64,000 nt of DNA from Methanocaldococcus sp. 28A (GCA_049852185.1 CP187540.1); one strand, 5' to 3'. Numbered from the stretch's first letter, positions 20,638 through 31,860 are shown. Notes: a model not told the origin generated them from the letters alone. A program made the numbers and translations.

Positions 20638-21849
20638 TTAGTTTTTATTTCTCTTCTTTAAAACCTCCTCAACAATCTCTTTAAAGACATCATCAGTTAT
20701 AAATTTACCTTCCTCTCTAACTTCTTTAACTTTTTTAACTATCTCACACAACATCTCTCTATCATAATCAATACCCATAAGCTTTAATTTATAAGCAACA
20801 GCTCTACATCCAGAATGCTTTCCTAACAAAATATTTCTCTTAAGCCCTATTTTCTCTGGAAGGAATGGCTCATAGGTTAATGGATTCTCTATGACAGCAT
20901 CAACATGAATTCCACTTTCATGGGCAAATACAAGCTCTCCAACTATTGGCTTATTCTTTGGAACTTTTATTCCAGAATACTCCTCAACCATCTTACATAA
21001 TTCTGGCAGAACTTCCAAATTTAATCCCAAATCAACATCATATAAAACACTTAAAGCCATAATTAGCTCTTCTAAAGCTGCATTTCCAGCTCTTTCTCCA
21101 ATACCATTAACTGTTGTTGAAACTGCCTTAGCTCCTCCAATTAAACCATATATTGAATTTATAACTGCAAATCCAAAGTCGTTGTGGCAGTGAACTCCTA
21201 TATGAGCCTTTTTTAAGTTTTCTTTTAATGTTCTACAGATAAATTCCATACTTTGTGGTGTAGCACATCCAACAGTATCGGCAATATGAACTCTATCAGC
21301 CCCAGCCTCTTCAGCTGCTCTATGCACTTTAATTAAATCCTCAATTGGTGTTCTTGTAGCATCTTCAGCAGAGAAAGCTACAAATAAGCCATGTTCTTTT
21401 GCATATTCAACTGCTTCAACTCCCATCTCTAAGATATCATCTAAGCTTTTGTTGTTAAATTTATATTTTAAATGTAATGGTGAGGTGGCTATAAAGGTAA
21501 TTATCCCATCTACATCACATTCAATTGCCTTATCAATATCCTTCTTTAAAGCCCTACATAAAGCTAATATATCAGCGTTTAACCCTTCATTTACAATTGT
21601 TTTAACAATATCTGCCTCTCTCTCAGAAACTATTGGGAAACCAGCTTCAATTTGCTTTAATCCAAGCTCATCTAATTTCCTTGCTATCTCTAATTTTTGT
21701 TCTTTGGTGAAGCAGACTCCTGGAGTTTGTTCTCCATCTCTTAAGGTTGTGTCATATATGTATATATCTTTTAAATCCAATTTTGGATTGTATGGACAGA
21801 TAGCTTTCCAGCTATTTTCAAACAAAAAGTCCATAAATATCACCAGCAT
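20638..21849 (-). CDS. aksA: Homocitrate synthase (coenzyme B pathway)
   Basis: DTTLRDGEQ, HCHNDFG, GIGERAGN, HESGIH; no regulatory C-terminal domain. Confidence 0.88.
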   Translation of the reverse strand: MLVIFMDFLFENSWKAICPYNPKLDLKDIYIYDTTLRDGEQTPGVCFTKEQKLEIARKLDELGLKQIEAGFPIVSEREADIVKTIVNEGLNADILALCRALKKDIDKAIECDVDGIITFIATSPLHLKYKFNNKSLDDILEMGVEAVEYAKEHGLFVAFSAEDATRTPIEDLIKVHRAAEEAGADRVHIADTVGCATPQSMEFICRTLKENLKKAHIGVHCHNDFGFAVINSIYGLIGGAKAVSTTVNGIGERAGNAALEELIMALSVLYDVDLGLNLEVLPELCKMVEEYSGIKVPKNKPIVGELVFAHESGIHVDAVIENPLTYEPFLPEKIGLKRNILLGKHSGCRAVAYKLKLMGIDYDREMLCEIVKKVKEVREEGKFITDDVFKEIVEEVLKKRNKN

Positions 21850-21894
21850 TTGCAGTAATGAATTTTTTTATTGTTTTTATATTGTATTGATAAT

Positions 21895-22008
21895 TATAGT
21901 TGTGTGCAAAATAAAATAAACTTTTATAAGGGCAATTTGAATGTCTTCCCTATGGAAGGTATTCTTTAATACCCTATTTTATTTAAGATAGTTTTGCACA
22001 CAACTATA
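21895..22008. repeat. Family A repeat, full length (114 bp)
   Basis: Perfect 17-bp inverted termini; central CTTCC-CTAT-GGAAG hairpin. Confidence 0.9.
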
Positions 22009-22083
22009 AAGGAGCTAAATATCTTATTAATATTTTAAAGATTTTTATTATTCTATTCTTATTAATTCTTAAATTCTTATTAA

Positions 22084-23367
22084 TTATTTCATCTCTATGT
22101 TAGCTCCTAAACTTTTCATAACATCAACAAAATTTGGGAAAGATATTTTAACAGCCTCTTCTCCCTCAATTACTGTTTCTCCATCTGCTTTTAAACCAGC
22201 TATGGTAAATGCCATAACTAATCTGTGGTCATTATAAGTGTTTAACTTAGCCCCTTTTAATTTTTCAACTCCTCTTATAATCAAACCATCAGGTTTTTCT
22301 TTAATATCTGCTCCCATCTTTTTTAATTCTACAGCACATGCCCTTAGCCTATCACATTCTTTCAATCTAACATGCTCTCCATTGTAAATTTCTGTTTTTC
22401 CTTCTGCAAAGCATCCAAGAACAGCAATAGTTGGCACTAAATCAGGAATATCTTTTACGTCCACATCTATTCCTTCTAAGCTGTATTCTCCTTCAACAAC
22501 AACTTTATCTTTTTTAACTTTAATCTCTGCCCCCATTTCTTTGACAATGTCAATTATTGCTCTATCCCCCTGCTTTGAATTAGCAAATAAATTTTCAATA
22601 ACTAAATTTGAATTTATTAAAACCCCCGCTGCTACTAAATATGAAGCTGATGAGTAATCTCCTTCAACTATGTAATCTATTGCTTTATATTTCTGATTTC
22701 CATAAACTAAAAATCCATTTTCTGTTTTATCAATTTTTATACCAAATCTATTTAAAATATCTAATGTTATATCAATATATGGCTTAGATTTTAATGGAGT
22801 TGTAAGAACAATTTCTGTATCTTCTTTATTAAAAGGAAGAAGCATCATCAAAGAAGTTATAAATTGAGAGCTAATATCTCCTCTAATCTTTACAACATTC
22901 CCTTCTATTTTAGAGCTTTTAACAATTATTGGTGCAGTTCCATCCATTTTTGATGAAAATGCCTCTATATTTATCTGTTTTAGAGCATCCAATAAAGGTT
23001 GCATTGGTCTCCTTCTTATTGAATCATCTCCTGTTAAAATTGTATATCCTTTTGGTATTTGAGAGGATATAGAGGTTAATATCCTTAAGGTTGTTCCACT
23101 ATTTCCAATATCTATAATGTTGTCTGGTGTTTTTAACTCTCCACCTTTAACTAACCACTCATCCTTTTCTTTATCTAAAGTTATCTCAGCTCCAAGCATT
23201 CTACAGCCATGAACTGATGATAAGCAATCAGCTCCCCAGAGAGGGTTTATTATTTTGCTTTCTCCATCAGCTAAGGAAGCCCCAATAACTGCTCTATGAG
23301 TATAGGATTTTGAAGGAGGGGCTTTAACTGTTCCTTCCAATCTATTAGTTTTTCTTACAATTAGCAA
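22084..23367 (-). CDS. aroA: 3-phosphoshikimate 1-carboxyvinyltransferase
   Basis: PPSKS, GNSGTT, ISSQF, RLKECDR, DHR. Confidence 0.97.
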   Translation of the reverse strand: MLIVRKTNRLEGTVKAPPSKSYTHRAVIGASLADGESKIINPLWGADCLSSVHGCRMLGAEITLDKEKDEWLVKGGELKTPDNIIDIGNSGTTLRILTSISSQIPKGYTILTGDDSIRRRPMQPLLDALKQINIEAFSSKMDGTAPIIVKSSKIEGNVVKIRGDISSQFITSLMMLLPFNKEDTEIVLTTPLKSKPYIDITLDILNRFGIKIDKTENGFLVYGNQKYKAIDYIVEGDYSSASYLVAAGVLINSNLVIENLFANSKQGDRAIIDIVKEMGAEIKVKKDKVVVEGEYSLEGIDVDVKDIPDLVPTIAVLGCFAEGKTEIYNGEHVRLKECDRLRACAVELKKMGADIKEKPDGLIIRGVEKLKGAKLNTYNDHRLVMAFTIAGLKADGETVIEGEEAVKISFPNFVDVMKSLGANIEMK

Positions 23368-23485
23368 ATTATCACCATTTATAAATATTTGATTAATTCA
23401 TTCAATCAAAATAATAAAATTATAATATAAACTAAAAAGTTATTAGGTATTTATTTGTTAAGGATTTAATAAATTTGGTGAAAGA

Positions 23486-24002
23486 ATGATAATAGAAAAA
23501 ATAAAGGAAAGAGCTTTGAATCTATTAAATGAAAAGGAAGATAAATTTAAAATATTGGATTTTTCTTTTGCTTTACCTTATAGTTATGTGTTAATTGAAA
23601 GCAATGGTAAAAAAGCTTTAGGAGTGGCAATGACATTATTGGAAGAATATAGAGGACATGGAAATAGGAAGGAATTAAATATAAACAAAAGTTTAGAAGA
23701 TTTTATAAACATGGTAGATAGTTTTGATATTGTTGAAAGAACATTAGGATTAGCTGCAATAAATGCAGTATCTCAATATTATTTAAACTTTGAGGTAAAT
23801 TGTAGAGATGCCGCTGAGTTAGTTTTGAATAGGAATGATATAAAAAAAATTGCTTTTATTGGAAATATGATGCCAGTTGTCAATACGCTAAGAAAATCTG
23901 GTAGTTTTGATATATATGTGTTTGAGAGAAGCTCCTAATTATTGATGGATGGAGTTTTGAGTGATAGTTTTGAATATAGGTTATTACCGGAAATGGATGC
24001 CC
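23486..24002 (+). pseudogene. DUF4213/DUF364 Rossmann-like protein, premature stop and 3' truncation
   Basis: ERTLGLAAINA motif; after TAA at 23936-23938 the same frame continues LLMDGVLSDSFEYRLLPEMDA, then is lost. Confidence 0.75.
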
Positions 24003-24344
24003 CATATTTATTTATGTTATGAAAGGTATTATATGTATTCATAGATTTATATTTTATAAACAAATATTGATTAATTTGGATTCTCGAAAATCTATTATAT
24101 GAAGAATCATATGAAGTAATTTTATATTATATACTTATATACTCAAGTAAATTTATAATTTTATATTTTGGATTTTTATGAGGAGTAGATTATTATTATA
24201 AATAATTAATAAAGAACAGCACGTATAAATCGGAAAGAGGCTTTAAAAAACTTTAATTTTACTGATGAGGAAATTTAAGTAATAATATTTAGTATGAGAA
24301 AGCTTAAGGATGTGTTATTTTATAAAGACTAATCTGTGATTTGA

Positions 24345-25037
24345 ATGACTACTGCAATAGAGATTATTGAAATGCTTAGAATTATTGATAACAGGGCAAA
24401 ATTTGTGGGTATTAAATTAACTATGATGAAAAACTTATTAGTAAAATATAAAGATAATAAAGAATTATTAAAAGAAGTTTTAAAATTAACTGAAGGAACG
24501 CGGCTCCATGAATTAATATTAGAGGCATATCCTCCTTTAGAAGAGTTAAAAAAAGAACTTAAAAAAGAATCTCAAATTACTATAGCACCTGAAGAAGACG
24601 TAGAGAACAAAGAGGATATCCACGAATTTTGTGTTTTTGAAGGTAATGTTTCTATTATAGCTTATATAAGAGAATATCTAAGGAAATTCTACTTTGGAAG
24701 TAATGTAAAAAGAATTTTTTATGATATTGGTAAAGATTATGCAATTAGATTAGGAATTAATAATTATAAAGATATGATTGAATTTATGAATGAAGAGTTT
24801 GGAGAAACAAGTATTGAAAAATCTGAACCGTTAATAGTTATTATTAAAAATAATAAAGAATGCAAAAATTGTAGAGCATCGGAGCCTGTTTGTTATTTAA
24901 CTGCAGGATTTATAGCAGGATGTTTAGAAAATATGGCAAATAAAAAATATATTGTAGATGTTGTTGAAAAAAAATGTCAAGCAGTTGGTGACCCATATTG
25001 TTTATTTATTTTAAAAAAACTAATAAGATTAAAATAA
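24345..25037 (+). CDS. V4R-domain protein
   Basis: ECKNC, PVCYLTAGFIAGCLE, EKKCQAVGDPYC. Confidence 0.85.
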   Translation: MTTAIEIIEMLRIIDNRAKFVGIKLTMMKNLLVKYKDNKELLKEVLKLTEGTRLHELILEAYPPLEELKKELKKESQITIAPEEDVENKEDIHEFCVFEGNVSIIAYIREYLRKFYFGSNVKRIFYDIGKDYAIRLGINNYKDMIEFMNEEFGETSIEKSEPLIVIIKNNKECKNCRASEPVCYLTAGFIAGCLENMANKKYIVDVVEKKCQAVGDPYCLFILKKLIRLK

Positions 25038-25047
25038 ATCTTAAACA

Positions 25048-25575
25048 TTAATCTTCTTTCCACATTATTGCAAAGTCCTTTAATGCTTTTTTTACTCTTT
25101 CAATATTTCCTTCAATAATTACTTTATCTCTTTCATCACTATATTCAAATATAACTCCATGCCACTCTCCTAAGTCACTTAATCTCTCAATTTGCATTTC
25201 TTTTTGAAGTTTCACTCTTATTGATTCAACATTTCCTCTTTTTTTAACTTCTTTATTATAGTTGCTTTTACTTAGAGGGAATTTAACATTAAGTTCTCCT
25301 CTAACTGCTTTTATCATCTTATTTAAATACTTTTCAGTCAGTTCAGCATCACACAAACTAAATAATTGAGATTGTATAAAGTTTAATTCTCTTTCAGCGT
25401 TTGATAATATATTTATAGAAGCATGAGGGTCTAAAATGTAATAAGAAAGGAGAGCGTTAGCTAATCTAAGTTTTTCAAAAACAATTTCAGGAACTTTAAT
25501 TCCTTTATTAACCAATTCAGCTGATAACTCAGATAATACAACCCACTGCTTATCTAAGTTCCTTGCATCCTTCAT
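25048..25575 (-). CDS. DUF2096-family protein
   Basis: LDKQWVVL start, EWHGVIFE; methanogen-conserved. Confidence 0.7.
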   Translation of the reverse strand: MKDARNLDKQWVVLSELSAELVNKGIKVPEIVFEKLRLANALLSYYILDPHASINILSNAERELNFIQSQLFSLCDAELTEKYLNKMIKAVRGELNVKFPLSKSNYNKEVKKRGNVESIRVKLQKEMQIERLSDLGEWHGVIFEYSDERDKVIIEGNIERVKKALKDFAIMWKED

Positions 25576-25886
25576 TCCTTTAACCTCTCAAGATATCTTT
25601 TTAAAATATTTTCACTATCATAATTTATTCTAACATTCATCTTCTTAAACTCTTCCTTCAATTTTTCTATATCTGTATCTTTATCTATAAAAAATACCTG
25701 ATAACTGGTTGTAGAATTTATATTAAAGATGGCTACCTTATCATCATCTTTTAACTCTCTTTTGTCAATAGCTGCCCTAACTCTAACAAAGTTTTCTATT
25801 TCACTATTTAAAGCTTCTTTAACGGTCAATATTGAAATTAAGGTGGCAACAAACTCCATTTTGTTATGATTCATAATATCCCTCAA
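25572..25886 (-). CDS. DUF749-family protein
   Basis: FVRVRAAID, IFNINSTTSY. Confidence 0.7.
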   Translation of the reverse strand: MRDIMNHNKMEFVATLISILTVKEALNSEIENFVRVRAAIDKRELKDDDKVAIFNINSTTSYQVFFIDKDTDIEKLKEEFKKMNVRINYDSENILKRYLERLKE

Positions 25887-25903
25887 ATTAATATAAATTA
25901 CTA

Positions 25904-26383
25904 TTACTCAAATTTAATTTCTTCTTCTGGTAATATGTAGAATACATAGTTTTCTCTCTTTGCTGGAACTTCTTTTAAGAATAATACAATTCCATTAACT
26001 GGGGCATTAACAAACCTTATATCTCCCTTTCTACTCTGCAAAGCAGCTATTCTATGTCCTTCTAAAATTCTACAACCAAAATCTACAATTGGATAAACTT
26101 TGTAACCCTCAGCAGGAATTTCTAATAATCTCATTCCCTTTCTAATATAAGTTAGTTGCTTAATACCTCCAACCTCATATTCAATGAGCATATCTCTTGT
26201 TACTTGCCCCATTAGTACATAGTTATCAAAATCATCATATATAACTTGATATAAAACCTTTCCATTCCCTTTATATTCCTCATCTTTATCTAAAAATTTT
26301 ATAACTTTACCATCATTTTCAATAACAACCTTTCTACCTTCATGTTTTTCTGCATTTTCGACATATAATTTAGGGATTCTCAT
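25904..26383 (-). CDS. DUF2118-family protein (biotin/lipoyl-like hybrid fold)
   Basis: MRIPKLYVE, IPAEG, SRKGDIR, APVNG. Confidence 0.7.
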   Translation of the reverse strand: MRIPKLYVENAEKHEGRKVVIENDGKVIKFLDKDEEYKGNGKVLYQVIYDDFDNYVLMGQVTRDMLIEYEVGGIKQLTYIRKGMRLLEIPAEGYKVYPIVDFGCRILEGHRIAALQSRKGDIRFVNAPVNGIVLFLKEVPAKRENYVFYILPEEEIKFE

Positions 26384-26387
26384 TTTC

Positions 26388-26560
26388 TCACCATTTAGCT
26401 AAATTTATTGCTACATTCAGCTCACTATCAATTTATAAACCACATTGACTAAGAATACAATACTCAACAGCTTTCTCTACAATTTTGCTTATCAAATCGA
26501 AATAATTCCATTAATATATAAGTTCCTTTGGTTTCGGTATTTTCCATTTAGTTTCTATAA
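26388..26560 (-). pseudogene. Highly decayed TnpB/Cas12f-like remnant
   Basis: Minus-strand frame reads WNYFDLISKIVEKAVEYCILSQCGL*IDSELNVAINLAKW*, matching TnpB W..F.L..KI..KA.E.GI and CG...DRD.NAA.N motifs with an internal deletion. Confidence 0.7.
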
Positions 26561-26756
26561 ATTTTATAAATCTCTATTACTATAGTTCCATCTTTTTTAT
26601 ATTATTTTCTTTTCTAATTTTTGCATTCTGTCATTATAAATATTATAAATACTAATATGTCTCTTAAAATATGTGTCTATTTTCCAACTTTGTTTATATT
26701 CTTTATTTCTTTTTCAGGTATTCTAAAGTAAAATTTAAGAATACAAATATAAAACT

Positions 26757-27587
26757 TTATAGTTGATTTAGAAATAATTTTTTATCAACTTTTCCTTCTC
26801 CCTCAAATACATTTTTGAATTTAGTAAGATAAGCTCCTATATCCAAGAGTTTATTAACCTCTATATAGAAAGGAAGTTTTCTAAAATGTTCCCGCCTATT
26901 CAGTTCCAATAAATATCTCAAAATTTCTCCCTCATTCTCTTTGGTATTGTATCTTAATAAATTCTTTTTTATTTTATCAAATTTGTTGAGATTTAGGATA
27001 TTTACATTGCTACCAAAAATTTCTTTGCATCTCTCAAACATTTCATTAAATGTTTTACTGCTGAAAATATATCTTCCAAATTCTTCTCTTTCTTCCCAAT
27101 CAATTCTAAAATTCTCAAATATTTCTGTTTTACTATTATGTTCCATTCCACGTTCTATAATCTCCTCAAATTTATCAAAATAGAGTTCCTTTATTAATTT
27201 TATAGTTTCGTCAATAACTTTTTTATTAATATTTCCTTTTTTAATTCCTTTACAGTAATGTTTTATTATTAAGAGAGGAGTTCCATCCCATTTTACCATG
27301 CAACTGAAAGGGAAAATCATGCACATTAATGGTTTAAATTCATAGCCCTTTTCTAAATGAACTTTGCATAAATTGTTCTCTAATAATATACATCCTTTTT
27401 CATTAATTTTTAATCTATACTTAAACTCCCCTTCACAAGGTTCTATGGCATATTCATAATCTTTAAGTTTTAATTTATCAAAATAATTCAAATATATTCT
27501 CCATCTCTCACATGAACAACAGTATGCACAATTAATACATTTATAAGTTATTCCTTCAAATGTTATTTCCCACTCCATGATAATCAC
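26757..27587 (-). CDS. YkgJ-family cysteine-cluster protein
   Basis: CINCAYCC, CILL..NLCKVH, KPLMCMIFPF. Confidence 0.85.
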   Translation of the reverse strand: MIIMEWEITFEGITYKCINCAYCCSCERWRIYLNYFDKLKLKDYEYAIEPCEGEFKYRLKINEKGCILLENNLCKVHLEKGYEFKPLMCMIFPFSCMVKWDGTPLLIIKHYCKGIKKGNINKKVIDETIKLIKELYFDKFEEIIERGMEHNSKTEIFENFRIDWEEREEFGRYIFSSKTFNEMFERCKEIFGSNVNILNLNKFDKIKKNLLRYNTKENEGEILRYLLELNRREHFRKLPFYIEVNKLLDIGAYLTKFKNVFEGEGKVDKKLFLNQL

Positions 27588-27618
27588 ATGAATAATTTTA
27601 TATACTATACAATAAAAT

Positions 27619-28371
27619 TTGATTATTAAAAATGTGGTGATGTTATTGATAGAACTTATCTATGCATTTATATTTGTTATTGTTGCAGTTCTTATTGCAT
27701 ATAAAGAGAGGTTGGGCATTGAGAAAAAAATACTCTATGTGTCAATTTTAGCTTTAATCCAGCTCTTTATTTTGGGATTTGTTTTATTATATATCTTTTC
27801 ATTTGGAATGATTGGAGCATTTTTAATGATTTCTGTAATGATTATTTTGGCATCATATTTAATTATGAGAGAAATTAACTTAGAAAATAAAACAAAACTC
27901 TTTATTTGCTTATTTATTACATTTTTAACTACTACCATAGTTTCATTAGCAATATTAGTAATTCCTAAAGTTATAAAATTTGAGCCAGTTTATGTAATTC
28001 CATTAATGGGAATGGTTATTGGAAATACTATGAACACTATCCATTTAGCACTAGATAAAATAATAGATTTAGTTAAATCTGAGAGAGATATTCTGTGGGG
28101 ATATTTAGCTTTAGGAGCCACTGAAATAGAAGCCTTAAAACCATTTATAAAAAATGCAGTAAAATCAGCAATAATTCCTCAAATGAATAGAACAAAATCT
28201 GTTGGAGTTATCTTTATTCCAGGAGCTATGGTTGGGATGCTATTGAGTGGGGCAAATCCTTTATACGCTGCAGAAATACAAATTATCATTATGTGGATGA
28301 TTTTAAGCTCTGCAGTGATTTCTGGGGTTTTGATTTGTTATTTAATGTATAAGGAAATTATTATGGCATAA
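27619..28371 (+). CDS. FetB/UPF0014-type ABC transporter permease
   Basis: [35 protein letters not shown]. Confidence 0.85.
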   Translation: MIIKNVVMLLIELIYAFIFVIVAVLIAYKERLGIEKKILYVSILALIQLFILGFVLLYIFSFGMIGAFLMISVMIILASYLIMREINLENKTKLFICLFITFLTTTIVSLAILVIPKVIKFEPVYVIPLMGMVIGNTMNTIHLALDKIIDLVKSERDILWGYLALGATEIEALKPFIKNAVKSAIIPQMNRTKSVGVIFIPGAMVGMLLSGANPLYAAEIQIIIMWMILSSAVISGVLICYLMYKEIIMA

Positions 28372-28383
28372 AAAAGAAAAAAG

Positions 28384-29721
28384 TTATAATCCTCTTAATT
28401 GTTTCATCTTCTCTATTCTCTTCTTAATTAACTCCTTCTTACCAATATCACTTCTATGATAGACCTCTCCTTTAATATACTTAGTAGCCTCTTCAGCAAT
28501 CTTTTCAGCTTCTTCTATTGTATCAGCAACTCCAACTACAGCAACAGCCCTTGAACCAGTCATATATAGAGTTCCATCTTCTTCATTAACTGATGCATAA
28601 TGCAATATAGCTCCAGTTTTTTTAATAGCTTCTTCATCAACGGTTATTGGTTCTCCCTTAACAGGGTTGTCAGGATATCCTTTTGGAACAACATACTTAC
28701 AAACAGTAGCTTTGTTTTCAAATTCAACCTCTATATTGTTAAGTTTTTTGTTAATTATACCTCTACAAATTTCAACAAAGTCATTCTTTAATATAGCCAA
28801 TAAGTTCATTGCTTCAGGGTCTCCAAATCTTGCATTGTATTCAATAATTTTAGGCCCTTCTTTTGTTAGCATGAACTGCCCATATAAGATTCCTTTATAG
28901 CCACCAACTTCTTTTTTTAATGCTTTAACTGTCTCTTCCATAATTTCTTTTGCTAACTTTACATCCTCTTCAGTCATAAAAGGCAATTTGTGATTAGGAC
29001 AGGAATATGAACCCATTCCTCCTGTTATGCTCCCTTCATCTCCTTCTAATGCATGAGGGTGGTCTTGAACAAACGGTGTGAATTTTATATTGTCAATATC
29101 AACAAATCCGTGTAATGTGAACTCAACTCCTTCTAATTTTTCTTCAATTAAAACCTTCCCTCCACCTAATCCAGTTTCAAAAATCTCTTTAGCATATTTC
29201 TTTGCCTCTTCATTATCTTTTAACTGCTCTCCAACTACTTTAACTCCTTTACCTCCAGTTAATCCAACTGGTTTAACAACTGCTTTTATACCTTTCTCTG
29301 TTAATTCATCAATAAAGCTTTCCAACTCTTCTCCATACTCTTCAAATGCTTTATACATTAAAGAACCTTTTATATTGTATTTTTTGAATAAATTCCTCAT
29401 GAATTCTTTATTTGTTTCTATTTGAGCAGCTGCTTTTTTTGGGCCAACAGCTGGGATGCCCATATCTTCCAATAAATCAACAACTCCTACATCTAAAGGA
29501 GCTTCTGGACCTATAACAGCTAAATCTGGTTTAACTTTTTCAGCAAATTCTTTAACTTTTTCTAAGTCGGTTTCTTTTGCTAACTTTATCTCTTCTGATA
29601 ATCTTGCAATTCCTGGGTTTCTGTTTTTCATCAATGTGTATAACTTTACGTCTTCATTCTTTTTTAAAGCATGAGCTATTGCACTTTCTCTTGCTCCTCC
29701 TCCAATCAATAAGATTTTCAT
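28384..29721 (-). CDS. purD: Phosphoribosylamine--glycine ligase
   Basis: [29 protein letters not shown]. Confidence 0.97.
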   Translation of the reverse strand: MKILLIGGGARESAIAHALKKNEDVKLYTLMKNRNPGIARLSEEIKLAKETDLEKVKEFAEKVKPDLAVIGPEAPLDVGVVDLLEDMGIPAVGPKKAAAQIETNKEFMRNLFKKYNIKGSLMYKAFEEYGEELESFIDELTEKGIKAVVKPVGLTGGKGVKVVGEQLKDNEEAKKYAKEIFETGLGGGKVLIEEKLEGVEFTLHGFVDIDNIKFTPFVQDHPHALEGDEGSITGGMGSYSCPNHKLPFMTEEDVKLAKEIMEETVKALKKEVGGYKGILYGQFMLTKEGPKIIEYNARFGDPEAMNLLAILKNDFVEICRGIINKKLNNIEVEFENKATVCKYVVPKGYPDNPVKGEPITVDEEAIKKTGAILHYASVNEEDGTLYMTGSRAVAVVGVADTIEEAEKIAEEATKYIKGEVYHRSDIGKKELIKKRIEKMKQLRGL

Positions 29722-29797
29722 AATATCACCTTATATTTTTTAGAGATTATGGTAAATAATAAAAAATAAATGAAAAAGTAATTTAAATTTTTTACTA

Positions 29798-29876
29798 ATA
29801 GACCTTTCGCAGTTTATATACCCAATTAAGAAATTTATAAGGGTCTTTAAAACATATATTCTTTTAAGAGTCTTAT
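29798..29876. repeat. Degenerate family B repeat
   Basis: ATAGACCTTTCGCAG...GAGTCTTAT. Confidence 0.55.
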
Positions 29877-30385
29877 TCTAATACAATTTCTCTATACTCT
29901 CTCTTTTCAGTATCTAAGATACCTATTGTTGGTATATTTGTAAGATAACCACAACATTCTCCTGGGTTTATAACTAAAACATCATCAACCTCTTCAAAAA
30001 CTCTCTCATGTGTATGACCATAAACAACAACATCATACAAACCAGATTTAATAGCCATTTCTAAAATAGATTGATGATGTCCATGAGTTATAAAAAATCT
30101 TAGTCCATCAATTTCAATTGATATAAAGTCCTCGATTATATTCTCTTCATTTATATTTTTTAACCATTCTCTTAATTTGCATCTCTCCCCATCGTTATTC
30201 CCATAGGTAGCTATGATATTTGCGTTTAAGTTTTCAAATTCCTTTATAACAAATAAACTAACAAAATCCCCACAGTGTATAACTGTCTCAACTTCTTCTT
30301 CATTAAAAATCTCTATAGCTTTTCTAATATTTGGTAAATGGTCGTGAGTATCGCTCATTATTCCAATCTTCATAATCTCCCCCAA
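29873..30385 (-). CDS. Calcineurin-like metallophosphoesterase (MJ0936/YfcE type)
   Basis: SDTH, HCGD, GNND, THG, GHTH, NPGE. Confidence 0.93.
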   Translation of the reverse strand: MGEIMKIGIMSDTHDHLPNIRKAIEIFNEEEVETVIHCGDFVSLFVIKEFENLNANIIATYGNNDGERCKLREWLKNINEENIIEDFISIEIDGLRFFITHGHHQSILEMAIKSGLYDVVVYGHTHERVFEEVDDVLVINPGECCGYLTNIPTIGILDTEKREYREIVLE

Positions 30386-30415
30386 AAGAGATTTATGGAT
30401 TTATAATACTTTTTA

Positions 30416-31072
30416 TTAAATCCTTCTATAATAATTTTTTGTTGAATTATTTTTCTTTAAATATTCTATTGCTTCGGCTATTAAGTCAACAACATACTTT
30501 ACATTTTCACTTTTAATTATTACACTGTCTGATGTTGCAACAACCTCCTTATGCTTTAACTCATAATCACAATTTTTAACACAAAAAACCTCTCCTTCAA
30601 TATCAAAAGCTTTCATTTTCTCTCTAATCTTTTTAGCTAATATTCCACTTTTAGATACCTGTGAATCTAAATAAATAACAACTTTTATATTATAAGGCTT
30701 AAGGATTTTTAATAAAATCTCAATTACTTTGTCAATGTATTCATTTATCTTATAATTTCCATAAACATTTTCAAAGTCTCTATAAATGTTATCATCACAC
30801 AAAATAATGTCATTACCTTTAATCAAAGCTTCTAAACCTATAAGAACATTAAAACCATCTATATACAATGTCTCTCTTTTAATATCTTTTAACTTTTTTA
30901 ATTTACTCTTAGTTAATTTTATCTCCTCATCTGTGTGTGTTGTCCTAACAATTTTTAATCTATCTTCTCTACTCAACTTATAATGATTAGCAACAAAATT
31001 TAATGCAATATCTTTTTTATATCCTCTATTTATCAAATATCTAAAATCTTCTATAGCTTTTTCAATACTCAT
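30416..31072 (-). CDS. DUF434-domain protein
   Basis: YLINRGY, FVANHY, IDGFNVLI, ATSD. Confidence 0.85.
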   Translation of the reverse strand: MSIEKAIEDFRYLINRGYKKDIALNFVANHYKLSREDRLKIVRTTHTDEEIKLTKSKLKKLKDIKRETLYIDGFNVLIGLEALIKGNDIILCDDNIYRDFENVYGNYKINEYIDKVIEILLKILKPYNIKVVIYLDSQVSKSGILAKKIREKMKAFDIEGEVFCVKNCDYELKHKEVVATSDSVIIKSENVKYVVDLIAEAIEYLKKNNSTKNYYRRI

Positions 31073-31682
31073 ATTTTCCCCTTATGGGACAGACTTCTTC
31101 ACATTCTCTACAAAATATACAGCTGTCTATATCTACTTTAACAATTAGAGAGTTTATGTATTCATCAGGTGTTAAAATAGCTTGTAATTGGCATTTTTCA
31201 ATACATTTTAAGCAGAGCTTACATTTCTCAGGGTTTATTTCTTTATTTGTTATATCAATAGCTTCACATTCACATAAACCACAACTATTGCATCTATCTT
31301 TTAAGATAACAGGTGTTTTGGGTTTAGGAATTTCTCTTTTTATTGTAGGAATTGGACAAAATAACACGCAGATTCCACATTTTGTGCATTTATTTATATC
31401 TATAGAGAATCTATCCTTTATTATTGCATTGTTTGGGCAAACCTCTAAGCAAGTTCTACAGGTGGAGCATATAATTTCTCTGAACTTAAAAATCTTTATT
31501 GCATTTGTAGGGCATACATCTACACAAAGACCACAACCTATACATTCAATTAATTGTATGGGTTTAGTTTTTGAAGGTTTTGAAAACTTATTCTTATTTG
31601 TTAAAAAAATACTCCTTATTAGGGTTTTTATTAATCCTACCCCTTTAAAAATTTTGTAAAATTCTTCTTCCATAAACCTCAC
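31062..31682 (-). CDS. Polyferredoxin-like 4Fe-4S protein
   Basis: Multiple CxxCxxCxxxCP motifs. Confidence 0.9.
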   Translation of the reverse strand: MRFMEEEFYKIFKGVGLIKTLIRSIFLTNKNKFSKPSKTKPIQLIECIGCGLCVDVCPTNAIKIFKFREIICSTCRTCLEVCPNNAIIKDRFSIDINKCTKCGICVLFCPIPTIKREIPKPKTPVILKDRCNSCGLCECEAIDITNKEINPEKCKLCLKCIEKCQLQAILTPDEYINSLIVKVDIDSCIFCRECEEVCPIRGKYEY

Positions 31683-31736
31683 TTAAAATATTTTTAAATA
31701 TTTAAATTTATAGATTAATTGTTCTAAAATAAAAAT

Positions 31737-31814
31737 TGGCGCCCTGGCCGGGATTTGAACCCGAGTCACGGGAGTGACAGTCCCGTATGATAGGCCGGGC
31801 TACACCACCAGGGC
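31737..31814 (-). tRNA. tRNA-Asp(GUC)
   Basis: Anticodon GTC, encoded CCA. Confidence 0.97.
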
Positions 31815-31860
31815 ATTGTAATGCCAAGGAAAACCTTGAGAATTTAAAACAATAAAAAAT

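Noticed and set aside
31084-31659. 191-aa plus-strand ORF
   Set aside because: Shadow of the polyferredoxin gene on the opposite strand
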